Made by a program: the position numbers and the translations under genes. From Octopus bimaculoides (lineage: Eukaryota): DNA of 64,000 nt. Under the pieces are notes generated by a model. The model was not told where the DNA came from. It worked only from the letters and a program-made list of their open reading frames with translations, and searched no databases. The stretch covers positions 129,234,105-129,298,104 of the forward strand of contig NC_068982.1 in NCBI RefSeq assembly GCF_001194135.2, written 5' to 3'. Of the stretch, positions 14,765 to 27,284 are shown in pieces; position 1 is the stretch's first letter, and each line of letters opens with the position of its first letter.

Positions 14765-15064
14765 ACCATCATCATCACCATCATTTAACGTCTGTTTTCC
14801 ATGCTGGTATGGGTTGGATGGTTTGACTGGGGAATGCCAAGCCAGGAGGCTGCACCAGGCTCGTCTGATCTGGCAATGTTTCTACAGCTGGATACCCTTC
14901 CTAATGCCAACGACTCCAAGAGTGTAGTGGGTGCTTTTTACATGCCACCAGCACGGGAGCTAGTCAGGCAGCACTGACATCGGCCACATTTGGATGGTGC
15001 TTTTTATGTACTACCATAAAAAGCACCGTCCGAACGTGGCCGATGCCAGTGCTGCCTGACTGGC
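14765..15064 (-). mobile_element. Short retroposon copy (RTE-type 3'UTR with (GAT)n tail) ending in a 5' fold-back
   Basis: Same sequence as the 3'UTR of the RTE copy at 22490-22900. (CAT)n tail at ~14767-14787 on +. 50-bp inverted duplication at the 5' truncation point. Confidence 0.7.
14959..15064. repeat. Near-perfect hairpin: 50-bp stem, 6-nt loop
   Basis: 14959-15008 is the reverse complement of 15015-15064 with 5 transition differences. Loop TACTAC. Confidence 0.95.
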
Positions 15065-15152
15065 TGTTTTTACAAAACAACTAAATTTGAAGATGTAAAC
15101 AAACCAACACATGTTAGAGACATACACACACTACATACTGTGTGTGTGCGTG

Positions 15153-15330
15153 TGCAATATCTGATAAAAAAACCTGCAAGTCACAAGGAGGATTGAAGTG
15201 GCACTTGAACATTCAAAATGAATAAGCGGAAAATGGAGCCATGCTGAAATGAGACATTGTTACAGTATATGTGATCAGCTTTTCAAATACCTTTCAGAGC
15301 TCAAAAGTCATTTAAGATCTCCTGCTATGA
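15153..15330 (+). pseudogene. Decayed pair of C2H2 zinc-finger-like motifs (probably LINE C-terminus or ZNF relic)
   Basis: With frameshift/stop repair: CNI*(D)K..TCKSQGGLKWHLNI, then CYSICDQLFKYLSELKSHLRS (tgt tac agt ata tgt gat cag ctt ttc aaa tac ctt tca gag ctc aaa agt cat tta aga). Confidence 0.35.
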
Positions 15331-15537
15331 AAGAGCAATTATAGGTACAAAGAAGAAGTCAAGCTCTGCAAGAAGTAGATAGATGTTCACCATAATATAT
15401 CTATACACATACATACTCCAAGTTTCACAGTTTCTATGTACCAGATTCACTTCAAGGCATTGGTCAGCCCAAGGCTATAATAAAAGGCACTTTGATAAGT
15501 TATGTGAGTGGGAGGGCACAGCCGGGAGTATATTTAA

Positions 15538-15738
15538 CTCTTTAGTATTCAGATTACTTTGTCAAATGTTTTTAAAAATTAATCATGTAGTATTTTGTAG
15601 CGTTGAGATTTTAAAGATGTGATTGTTTATTTTTAGAATGACATTGTAGGGTAGGTGTGAGAGGCTGGATCTGGCCAGTTTGAACATAAGACAAGTAGAA
15701 TATCTGGGCTGGACAAGGCCAGTTTAAATGTCAAAGGG
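15538..15738. mobile_element. TTAA-flanked MITE (piggyBac-like)
   Basis: TTAA at 15534-15537 and 15739-15742. Degenerate TIRs CTCTTTAGTATTC / AAATGTCAAAGGG. Confidence 0.55.
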
Positions 15739-18137
15739 TTAAATTGATCTCATTATTAAGGAGTGGCTCATTATTAGTTTGTAGTTATTTATTTATTTAT
15801 ATTCTTTCCTTGAAAGTCTGTGTTGAAATATTTGGAGAAAGTAATTTCCAAAGTGTTTCTGTGTTTAGAGATGACTGAAATCATAAATTTTGGAAAGTGA
15901 GCAGGAAATGTTCTGTTTTGGCTCTTTGTTGTTTACTTTTACTCTTAACCCCTAACATAAAGCCATTCTCTTAGGGCTTGTAGTGTCGCAAGTTGTATGG
16001 GAACCTCACTAGTGCTGGCAGTACAAAAAAAGAAGCACCCAGTACATATTGTAATGTGATTGGTGTTAGGAAGGGCATCCAGCCATAGAAACAATGCCAA
16101 AGCATGATGCAGTCGTTGAGCCTACTGGATCCTGTTAATGCATGCAACCCATGGAACATCAACAGTAAATGATGATAATATATATCATAGAGGAAGGTGT
16201 GAGATACAATAATCTGTTAATAAGATGTAATAGGTGTTCTGAAGAATAGATCCCTTGTTGACATAAAGATACAACCAGGGAAAAGATGTTCTGAGTGAGT
16301 TTGCCATTTACATGTACATTGCATAAAAATCCCTTCTCTTTCCCTTACATAAAAAACAGATGGAGGCTGATGATAGAAAGAGCATCCAACCATAAAATCC
16401 TGCCTTAAAATAACTCCCTGTCTAATTAATGCTAGCATAGGTTAATAAACAATGATGAAAAGATGAATGAATCAATGAACTTTTAGAACTATTCTATTTT
16501 ATAATATATCAAATTCACTAAAAATAGACATATTTATGGATGGCTAAGAATATTTTAATTAAAATCTTAGTCACTGAAAGGAAGAGCAGAGAAAACCTGC
16601 AAACATGCCAACAGTTTAGTAAGATAACGAGGTGTTATTTATAGTAATTCAGCTTTCATTTATAATTAGAAAATATATTCAAAGTGTCAGTGACAGTAAT
16701 ATAAATGTATTATTTAATAAAATTTCAAAGTAATTTTGGTTTCCAGCCAGTGGATAACTTTCAGTGTGTTTCTTCAATAAAATTATAACTGAAAAGCTGA
16801 GAGAAAATAGTGGATGTGTTTATGATGATTTTGTATGTATATGTTTGTGAAAAACGGGAAGGGGGAGGAGGGGAAGGAGGAAGACGAACAGCTTCAAATA
16901 TTTAATGAATGCTGCTATGTCATACTGACTTCAGGTTCGTTGATTGAATGTTTAGATATATCCCATTGACTACATGGCACAAGGAGATAATAAAAGCAAT
17001 GACAACAAACATCATTACTAAAGTATATCTAAGGCCAAACACTCGAAATAAAGAGGTACTCTTCTCCTTTCTATAAATTGTTACATTTGAAGTATATCTC
17101 TAACAAACTTTTAACAGCCAAGTTTAAGCTAGTTTAATACGGAACCTATATACTAGAGTAGGTATACATTCCATTCTATCCAATCAGTTTTCTTCAACTC
17201 AAGGTCTATGATAAACTTTTGCTCCTTTTGATTCAGAAAATCATAACAGGATAAACTCCTTTGGACTTGAAACAGAATTTTAAGAAAAGAAGAAAAAGGA
17301 TCTTCACATCAATTTCAAAAATGAGTATTCAGTTGTTTGACCAACTGAACCATACCTCTTCATTGAATTACCTGAGCAGGAGGACCAAGATCTGGGTCTT
17401 TAGATCTCTGGTCTTCCCCATCTTGCTCTTGGACACCATCTAGGGACCTTAGGACTATGGGTTACCAATGGTCTGATTTCATATCCAAGTGTTACTTCAA
17501 AAATGTAGGCACTAAAATATTTTGTTCACATTGCCTTAAAGATGAAATATAATCAATCACAAAAAATTATTTGTTAGAAAATTAAAGAGAAACAGCAACT
17601 AGAAATTCTACCTACCATGGTATTATATTGCACATACTCAGTTCATTAACACCTATTAGAAATAATAGCCATTGCACTTGATATCTTTCATTTGTAGAAA
17701 GTAAAAAAATCGTCTCCATGTGGTTTTAAGTTCAGTCCCAGTGCATGGCACCTTGGGCAAGTATCTTCTAGTATAGCAGTGGGCCAACTAATGCCTTGAG
17801 AGTGAATTTTGTAGGCAGAAAATGTGCAGAAGCCTGTTGTATATTGTGTGTGTGTGTGTGTATGTGTGTATGCTCTGCCATCACTTGACATCTGGTGTTG
17901 GTTTGTTTACATCCCTGTAACAAAGTATTTCAGTGAAAGAGACCAATAGAATAAGAACCAGATTTATCCAAAAGAAAAGAAAAAAAAACACAAAAAAACC
18001 TCACTAGACTCAATTTGTTTGATCAAACCCTTTATGACAGTGCTCCAGCACGGCTACAGTTCAATAATTGAAAGAAGTAAAAGATAAAAAAAAATAAGCA
18101 GGTATTATAGTTCACTGGAAACATTGTGTATTGTTTG

Positions 18138-18513
18138 TGAAATGCAACGTGTCTGGAATGGCACAACAATGCAGAGCAGACTATAATAACTGTTATAAAT
18201 AATTTAATTATTCATAGTCTACTTTTTAACTCTTATTTGTTTCAGTCATTTGACTGCAGCCATGCTGGAGCACTGCCTTTTTCAGAATATAAAAATTCCT
18301 TTTTCAGATGTTGCTAGGAAGTAATGGAGTCACTGTTATAGTTGGTTTTCCAACGGTTTATAACAGTGATTCCATTACTTCCTAGCAATATCTGAAGAAG
18401 GAATTTTTACATTCCAAAATATTATATTAGACTATGAATAATTAAATTATTTATAACAGTTATTATATAGTCCACTCTGCATTGTTGTGCCATTCCAGAC
18501 ACGTTACATTTCA
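18138..18513. repeat. Fold-back (palindromic) element, ~375 bp, with a SINE-tail insertion in the left arm
   Basis: 18138-18221 pairs with 18428-18513, and 18285-18340 pairs with 18359-18414. Loop 18341-18358. 18222-18284 is a SINE 3' tail (ttgtttcagtcatttgactgcagccatgctggagcac). Confidence 0.92.
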
Positions 18514-18927
18514 TATTAAAAAAATGATCATAAACGTTGAAATTTTAAATTCTGTCCCAAATTAATATGTATTGAAGTTATAGAAACCCAATAAAATAAG
18601 AAAAGACTTACACGACAGTTGTTGGAATACTATTAGCAGCAAAATTACACTTATAATCCCTTTTGTACTAAATATGGCTGAAATCAAATGTGGAAACAAA
18701 GAAAATGAGTGGATAAATATGCAAATTCCACTTAAAATATCTAGTACTGAATATTACAACTGAAAAATTTATTTTAGAATTAAATACAAGAGAAATATAA
18801 CATTTATTGCTACATCTGACAAGGCTTAGATGTATTTGATACATGGTTGTAACAGCTCCAGAGGGCTAGATGCAATAATTTCACATAAAATAGACTTAAT
18901 AAGTAAGTGAATAAATAATTTAATCAT

Positions 18928-19333
18928 AGGCGTAGGAGTGGCTGTGTGGTAAGTAGCTTGCTTACCAACCACATGGTTCCGGGGTCAGGCCCACTGCGTG
19001 GCACCTTGGGCAAGTGTCTTCTACTCTACTATAGCCTCGGGCCGACCAAAGCCTTGTGGGTGGATTTGGTAAACGGAAACTGAAAGAAGCCCGTTGTATA
19101 TATGTATATATATATGTATGTATGTGTGTTTGTGTGTCTGTGTTTGTCCCCCCACCATCGCTTGACAACCGATGCTTGTGTGTTTACGTCCCCATAACTT
19201 AGCGGTTCGGCAAAAAGAGACCGATAGAATAAGTACTAGGCTTACAAAGAATAAGTCCTGGGGTCGATTAGCTCGACTAAAAGGCGGTGCTCCAGCATGG
19301 CCACAGTCAAATGACTGAAACAAGTAAAAGAGT
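18928..19333 (+). mobile_element. Full-length tRNA-derived SINE (dominant family, dozens of decayed copies in window)
   Basis: Head GGCGTAGGAGTGGCTGTGTGGTAAG (A box) and GGTTCCGGGGTCAG (B-box-like), CACCTTGGGCAAGTGTCTT core, internal (TA/TG)n, tail CAGTCAAATGACTGAAACAAGTAAAAG. Near-identical copy at 54420-54815. Confidence 0.85.
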
Positions 19334-20559
19334 ACATGCCTCCTTTTAGATAATGGGATAGTGCTCCTTAAGTTATATTTTTATAGAAATTACTTAAGAA
19401 AGTGAGGATTTATATAATGAAATATTATAATGGATCTTTGTTTCCATCAGTCATTTTTCTGCTCACTGACAATATATCCTTCTTATATTTTAAATTTTGA
19501 CAGAAATTTTTTAAGAAATAGTTTTTGGTACAGATATGGCTGTACGGAAAGAAGTTTGCTTCCCTACCACCTGTTCCACTGCATGACACCTTGGGCAAGT
19601 GTCTTCTACTATAATCTCAGGCTGACTGTCAGTAGACAGAAAATGAAAGAGTGGTTGGTGTTAGGAAGAGCATCCAGCTGTAAAAACCCTGCCAAAATAG
19701 ACACAGAAGCACAAGGTAATTTTTCTACCTGGCCAGCTCCTGTGAACCATCATACCCATGTATGCATGAAAAATGGACATTAAACGATGATGATGATGAT
19801 CTACAGGTGTCTGTGTTTGTCTCCCACCATCACCACCACCGTTGCTTGACAACCAGTATAGGTGGACTTGCGGCCTTGTAACTTAGCGGTTTAGCAACAG
19901 AGACTGATAAAATAAATACCAGGCTTCAAAACAAAAAAGAAGTACTGGGGTTTGATTCATTCAACTAAAAATTCTTCAAGGTGGTGCTCCAGCATGGCCA
20001 CAATCTTACGACTAAAACAAGAGATAAGATGTAAGTGTTGGATATTCAATATGTTGCACTCAGCAACTGGTTTTAGGAGGGCCTACAAAGATCATGGGTA
20101 CTTTCCTTTGACCAGTTTACAAACAAGCAAAAATAATTTTGTTACTCATATTCTTTCAAATCAATGTCGATTCTTCTATTTTGCTTCACGGAAATACAGA
20201 ACTATGTATCAGTGACCTAGTTGCAGTTGGTGCAATGAAAATTTTGACACCAACTAATAAATGTTTAAGTCAAGTGAACAATCTTTGTGTGTTTTTAAAT
20301 GGTTAATAGGTGTCTTCCATGCTGTAACTGTTTTACTTTCAACAAACAATCTCAGACCAAATCACTTGTCAGACAAATGCATCTACGAAATTTAACTAAT
20401 TTACTCTCCTCGACCTGGGAGTGGGAATGTTACTGCTTAGTCAGGATTGCCCTTTTATGGGTCTCCAAAATAAATGATGGGAGAAGGGCTAAGTTAAAGT
20501 AGGTGATGGATTAATTCTACATCCCACAATACATGACCAAATAATTTCGCTTCGCAATT

Positions 20560-21720
20560 ATGGAATCTCGGGTTCGATCCTAGTGCGTTGTATCTTAGAC
20601 AAGTAGCTTTTATTTATTCTCCTCCCCCACGTAACGTTGTTTGTGAGTAGATGGATGAAAACTATATAGCAAAACCTGTAAAAACAGATTGTATTTGTAA
20701 TTCAAAAGACCAGCCGTGCTACACAATCTTGTCTGGAGATTACTTTAAAGGTACAACTGCTTGTGAAATTTTCAATTACTTACACGCTAATTCAGTGACT
20801 AGGCATTTCAGTTAATCGAACATGGAATAAATCGACTGAGTTAATAACAATTTCTGAACGAAAAAGAAAAGGCCGAGTTGTTTCCCCTTATAATTGGAAA
20901 TGCAAGGGAGATAAATGACATATAGGACTAGACTACGGCTGAACTACCTAGTAGTCACCCACAAGGCTCACTATTCGAAGTCCTTAGCAGAAACTGCGTT
21001 GTCCATGATAAACACACCTCGTTCACATTTATAAGCCAAGAAAAAAAAATGCCCACCAAATATAATAGTATTTCACGATTGAATAATTTCGTTTTTAAAC
21101 TATTGTTTATTGAAAAATTCCGACAATAACCAGCATTAATGAATAGTTCCATGTTTACACGAACCCCCAGTAAATATCTTGCCAAACAGCATAGCCACAC
21201 GTCCTGGTTGAAACCAGTAAAGAGCAGACAGGAACTTATGAACATCTGCTGAGTACATGTCAATCTTTGCAGAGAGGTTGCACCAACAACATACGACAGT
21301 GTTACCTAGTAAGCATCGAGGCAAATGCCAGCAAATAACTGGTTCTGTGATATTTGTTGCTACAATATCTGCTATACTTGATAAATGATTTGGAAATAAA
21401 ACATGTTGATGTTTGAAGAAGGAGTATAATTCAAAACGTGTAAACGAGTGACACTTAAAACCCAAAGCATTCAATAGAAAAAGCGATATATTTCTATACT
21501 TTTTTTACAACTATAAAATAGGAGTTAACCCAATACATTGATTACGTCCACCACCAAAAAAAAAAAAAGAAGCGTACAAGGGAAACAACTCTGAAGCGTT
21601 TATCTGAACATATAGTATCCTCTCCAATTCCCTTTCTTTTAAAAATACCAAAAACAAAACATAAATAAATATAAATAATGGCGATGGAGCATAGTAAAAT
21701 GGGTAACACACATTTGTAGA
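20560..21720. promoter_or_regulatory. CpG-retaining, largely repeat-free island; candidate promoter or first-exon region for CUTA
   Basis: Frequent CG dinucleotides here versus visibly CpG-poor flanks. Contains a stop-free - strand frame (21504-21136) with phase-1 GT donors compatible with the CUTA acceptor. Function inferred. Confidence 0.45.
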
Positions 21721-22201
21721 TTTTTGGTAGATGTGCGAGGACATCATAGATTTGAGAGGATCCTTTCATCCTGTTTTGTCAATGTCAAGACAACTTTCTA
21801 GTGGCATCATAACAATGCACTCAGTACACTGTGGAGTGGTTGGTGTAAGGACATTCAGCCTTAGAAATCTTGCCAAATGAGAATGGACAAGAGGTATGTT
21901 CTAGCCAACCACAGGAGGGCAGTAACCCCAAACAAGCTCTGGCTATCACATTTAACTATTGGTTAACTAAATATATATTCACCTCTCATATCTCCTTGAC
22001 TTTTTATGTTTATATATCACCAGTTAATAACATCTGTTTTCCATGATGACATGGGTTAGATGGCTTGACCAGAGCTGGCAAGCTAGAGAGTTGTACCAGG
22101 TATAAGCCTAATTTGGCCTGGTTTCTACAGCTGGATGCCCTTCCTAATGCCCACCACTTTACAGAGTGTGCTAGATGCTTTTTACATGGACAGGTATGGG
22201 T

Positions 22202-22240
<39 letters not shown>

Positions 22241-22489
22241 NNNNNNNNNNNNNNNNNNNNNNNNNNNNNNNNNNNNNNCACATATATATATATATTATAT
22301 CACATTGAGAAAACTCATCAAGCCAAGTGAAAGTGTAGTTGTGGCTGATGCTGGTGTTATGTAAAAAGTACCCACTATGTTCTTGGAGTGGTTGGCATTA
22401 GGAAGGGCATCCAGCTTAACAGCTTCAGTCAAACTGTCTAACCCATTCTGGCATGGAAAGCAGACACTAAATGATGATGATGATGATAT

Positions 22490-24260
22490 ATCATCATCAT
22501 CATCATCGTTTAACGTCCGCTTGCCATGCTAGCATGGGGTTGGACGATTTGACTGAGGACTGGTGGACCAGGAGGCAACACCAGGCTCCAATTTGATTTG
22601 GCAGAGTTTCTGCAGTTGGATGCTCTTCCTAACTCCAACCACTCTGAGAGTGTAGTGGGTGCTTTTACGTGCCACCGGCACGAGGGTCAGTCAGGCGGGT
22701 ACTGGCAATGGCCACGCTCGAAATAGTGTATTTTACGTGTCACCTGCACAGGAGCCAGTCCATCGGCACTGGCAACGATCTCGCTCGAATGTCTCTTCAC
22801 GTGCCAGGAAGGCGATGTTGGTAATGATCACACTGGTGCTATTTACGTGCCACCGACACGGAAGCCAGACAGCTGCTCTGGCAACGATCACGCTCTTAGT
22901 GCTCCACTGGTACAGGTACCATCACGATTTCGCTTTCGCTTGCCCCAACAGGTCGTCACAAGCCGAGTTTAGTGTTTCTACAAATTAAGTTCGATTTCGA
23001 TTTCACTTGCCTCACCATGTCTTTGCAAGCGGAGTTTAGTGTCCAAAGAATGTTACATGTAAGCGGGCTGGCTAAATCTCTGGCAGAGGCCTTGGATTTT
23101 GGTCTCACTTGGCCTGCTGGGTCTTCTCATGCACAGCATATTTCCAAAGGTCACGGTCACAAGTCATTGCCTCGGTGAGGCCTAATGTTTGGAGGTCATG
23201 CTTCACCACCTCATCCCAGGTCTTCCTAAGCTTGCCTCTTCCACGGGTTCCCTCAACCGCTAGGGTGTGGCACTTTTTCACGCAGCTATCCTCATCCATT
23301 CTCACCACGGCCATACCAGCACAATCGTCTCTCTTGCACACCACAACTGATGCTTCCTATGTTCAACTTTTCTCTCAAGATACTTACGCTCTGTCGAGTA
23401 TGCACACTGACATTGCTCATCCATCAGAGCATACTGGCTTCATTTCTTGCGAGCTTACGCATGTCCTCAGCAGTTATGGCCCATGTTTCACTGCCATGTA
23501 ACATGGCTGTTTGTACACATGCGTCATACAGTCTGCCTTTTACTCTGAGTGAGAGGCCCTTTGTCGCCAGCAGAGGTAAGAGCTCTCTGAATTTTGCCCA
23601 GGCTATTCTTATTCTAGCAGCTACACTTTCAGCGCACCCTCCCCCACTACTAACTTGGTCACCTAGATAGCGTAAGCTATCANNNNNNNNNNNNNNNNNN
23701 NNNNNNNNNNNNNNNNNNNNNNNNNNNNNNNNNNNNNNNNNNNNNNNNNNNNNNNNNNNNNNNNNNNNNNNNNNNNNNNNNNNNNNNNNNNNNNNNNNNN
23801 NNNNNNNNNNNNNNNNNNNNNNNNNNNNNNNNNNNNNNNNNNNNNNNNNNNNNNNNNNNNNNNNNNNNNNNNNNNNNNNNNNNNNNNNNNNNNNNNNNNN
23901 NNNNNNNNNNNNNNNNNNNNNNNNNNNNNNNNNNNNNNNNNNNNNNNNNNNNNNNNNNNNNNNNNNNNNNNNNNNNNNNNNNNNNNNNNNNNNNNNNNNN
24001 NNNNNNNNNNNNNNNNNNTATTGCTGCACCTCTTAGGTTTCCATAGCTTACACCAGGTACATCTTATGGACTTTCTACCTACGCCTTTTCTACAGATTGA
24101 GCAGGGCCATCTACCTGAAGGGATTTGTGATCTGTCTGCCTTCCTACATTGGTTTTGTGCAGCTCTCACTAACCACTCATCTATCCCTAGTTTCTGCACT
24201 AACCACCAGAAAAGGGATTGGGGGACCCTGTCAAAGGCTATCCTCAAGTTTGAGAAACAA
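22490..24260 (-). mobile_element. RTE-clade LINE, 3' portion with internal deletion (spans gap 23683-24018)
   Basis: (GAT)n tail at ~22490-22507 and ~600-bp 3'UTR. ORF C-terminus ...RGRGKLRKTWDEVVKHDL...; DSLRYLGDQVSSGGGCAESVAARIRIAWAKFRELLPLL...LYDACVQTAMLHGSETW; WPCSICRKGVGRKSIRCTWCKLW; RT fragment AFDRVPQSLFWWLVQKLGIDEWLV fused directly to the finger region. Confidence 0.9.
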
Positions 24261-24823
24261 ACACTCATAACTTTTTTCTTTTAAAACTTCACTGCATGAG
24301 ATTGATACCATGAAATTCCTTGAATTCAGCTCTATCACTTAAGATTAATTAAAATATAATTTGTTTTTAAAATAAAAAAGTTAATTATACTTAAATCCAA
24401 TTGTTTGCCTTACTTATATATTTTTTTCATATTTTACCTCACAACATTTTTAATACAAATTTTTGCTGCATGGGAACAAAACTACAAAATTCTTCATTCT
24501 TCATTGAAGCTAAGATAAATATATTTTGCTTTTAAAATAAATAAAAAAGTTATATAGATCTAAACTTGATCGGTGGCCTTACTTAATCTCCTATAACGTT
24601 GCTACAAATTTTGATGCAAACCTTTTTTCTACTGGATCAAATCTCGATTTTTTTTTAATGCCAAAATGCAGATAGGGACCAGCCCTCTTCAAAAATGTCA
24701 ACACTTCTCAATTTGGTTAAGAATTGAATTCGCGACAAGCTCTGAAAGATGCTGTGCGTGAGTGAATTGTGGTCTTAATAATATTATTCAACTACTACCG
24801 TAGTTAAATGATATATCAGTTAA

Positions 24824-25878
24824 CCCTTTCGTTACTAACCCGGCCGAAAAAATTTTTGGTTCATAAGACTAACCCGGCCGTAGCCGGCCGAGCGTACCCA
24901 TTGTTATTCAAACGTATATTTGAACCCAAATATCGTTAGTACATTCGTTCAAACACCTGATTTCACTTTGCAAACAGTTGAGTTATTGTCTCTGATATTG
25001 TTTGGCGTGATATTTGAACTCAGTGAATTTTGGAAGATTTTTTTCCACATTTTTTGCGGCGTTAATTTTTTTCAACTTTGAAGATGGAGAGGAGTTTCNN
25101 NNNNNNNNNNNNNNNNNNNNNNNNNNNNNNNNNNNNNNNNNNNNNNNNNNNNNNNNNNNNNNNNNNNNNNNNNNNNNNNNNNNNNNNNNNNNNNNNNNNN
25201 NNNNNNNNNNNNNNNNNNNNNNNNNNNNNNNNNNNNNNNNNNNNNNNNNNNNNNNNNNNNNNNNNNNNNNNNNNNNNNNNNNNNNNNNNNNNNNNNNNNN
25301 NNNNNNNNNNNNNNNNNNNNNNNNNNNNNNNNNNNNNNNNNNNNNNNNNNNNNNNNNNNNNNNNNNTTAGACTTCTTTTTCATGCTTGTTTGAAATGATT
25401 ACTGCGGAAACAAACCGTTACGTAGAATGTAAACAAACCGGAAAAAAAAGATAGCTTGTGGTTTCCTGCAACTGTAGATGAAATACAAGCATCTTTTGCC
25501 ATAAATATTATTATGGGTATTAGACAATTACCCAGAATAACAAATTACTGGAGCGATCAAGAACCTTTTGGCGATGAATATATTTCCTGTATTATGAACG
25601 AGTACGAGTCGTGAAGCTGAACCAATATTTACATGTGAGAGACACTAGCAGTACCCCCATCCCCACCCAAAGTACGTGGAGAACTTTGAGACAAAAATTA
25701 TGCAATAGAATTGATTAAGAACCCTTTCTTTAATTATGTTCCAAATATCACATTAATATGTTGATAAATAAAAAAGTTACAGGTGTTTAATGAGACTACT
25801 CTAAATTCGTGATTATTTTAGAATTTAATTGAAACTCATGAGGGGTGTATTTTGGTCAGAAATATAGTAACGAAATGG
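24824..25878 (+). mobile_element. piggyBac DNA transposon, internally deleted, with transposase remnant
   Basis: TTAA TSDs 24820-24823 and 25879-25882. TIRs CCCTTTCGTTACTA / TAGTAACGAAATGG. Subterminal direct repeat ACTAACCCGGCCG (24834, 24868). 25390-25600 encodes FEMITAETNRY...WFPATVDEIQASFAINIIMGIRQLPRITNYWSDQ, a piggyBac transposase motif. Confidence 0.9.
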
Positions 25879-26439
25879 TTAAAAGTATTCATTAAGAATT
25901 GAGGCACATCAAAGTATAGAATGCCACCGATTGACTAAAAGAATCACACAGAGCAGACAATGAAAAAACCCATTATTGTAGACATCAATTATATACAATT
26001 GGATACTGTTATTGGGTAATTTGCAATTCTAATTATCTGATAAATTGAGAAACTCTTAATCTGGAACAAGTATAATAAATTATTGGCCAACTATCAGTTA
26101 ACTATCTAACGGATGTTAAATGATGATTATGATGTATGTATGCATCTGTGTCTAGATATCACATGATGGTTATAAATGAGCATCATAGTTGTACAAACGA
26201 GGTTGTTTGTTTAGTCTTCTGTAAAAAAAATATTACCTTGTTTGAGACAGGTGGGGATTGGTGATAGAGAGGGGATCCAGTCATAGAAAATATGCCTCAA
26301 CAATTTCCATCTGACCCATGTAAGCATGGGAAGTGGACATTAAATGATGATGAATGATCATTCAACATACAGAGATGTTTGGTAAAATGGTCATTGAAAT
26401 AACAGCCCATTTATTCAATATATACAATAGGTTACAGTG

Positions 26440-26775
26440 AAGGTGCATGGCTCAGTGGTTAGAGCGTCGAGCTTATGATCGTGAGGTTGTGAGTTCGAAT
26501 CCCGGACTGGGCTGTGTGTTGTGTTCTTGAGCAAGACACTTTATTCACATTGCTCCAGTTCACTCAGTTGTAGAAATGAGTTGCGACGTCACTGGTGCCA
26601 AACTGTATTGGCTTTTGTCTTTCCCTTGGATAACACTGGTGGCATGGAGAGGGGAATCCGGTATGCATGGGTGACTGCTGGTCTTCCATAAATAACCTTG
26701 CCCGAACTTGTGCCTGGGAGAGTAACTTCCTAGGTGCAATCCCATGGTCAATCATGACCGAAGGGGCTCTCCGCA
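26440..26775 (+). mobile_element. Young tRNA-derived SINE with 16-bp TSD
   Basis: TSD ACAATAGGTTACAGTG at 26424-26439 and 26776-26791. A box TGGCTCAGTGG 26448-26458. B box GTTCGAATCC 26493-26502. Confidence 0.93.
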
Positions 26776-27284
26776 ACAATAGGTTACAGTGTTTGCTTGT
26801 GATAAAATAAGTTAATATAATCGACTATCTTCTTATATAAATTATGAATTCTTTGCATGTTTGTGAAGCTTGAGTATATACACTGAGAATAGCTCACATG
26901 TCATGACCTGAACCCATGTTACATGCACACAAACATCCTAGATTTCATTTTAAAAAAACCATCCAGCTGATTAGCAGATTCATTCAATAACTCAATACAA
27001 TCACTAGTTCTTATATATATATATATAACATCTTCTACTACTACTATAATGACTTTTGATCCTGTGAATATACAAATTGTGTCTACCTTCACCCAAAACT
27101 ACCTAATCCCCCAACATCTCCTGTTGTCGTCCTTACTTGTCCCATGCCCTTGCAAAAAAAAAAAATACCTCTTTGTTCCTTGCTACAATTCACTCTCAGC
27201 TCACACTGTCTTCGCAGGTATGAACTACATGAACAAAACTTAAACACCCGTCATATCAACCTCATCGACTCAATAAAAAATACC

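Noticed and set aside
26440-26515. tRNA gene candidate
   Set aside because: No acceptor-stem pairing. It continues into a SINE body and is flanked by a TSD.
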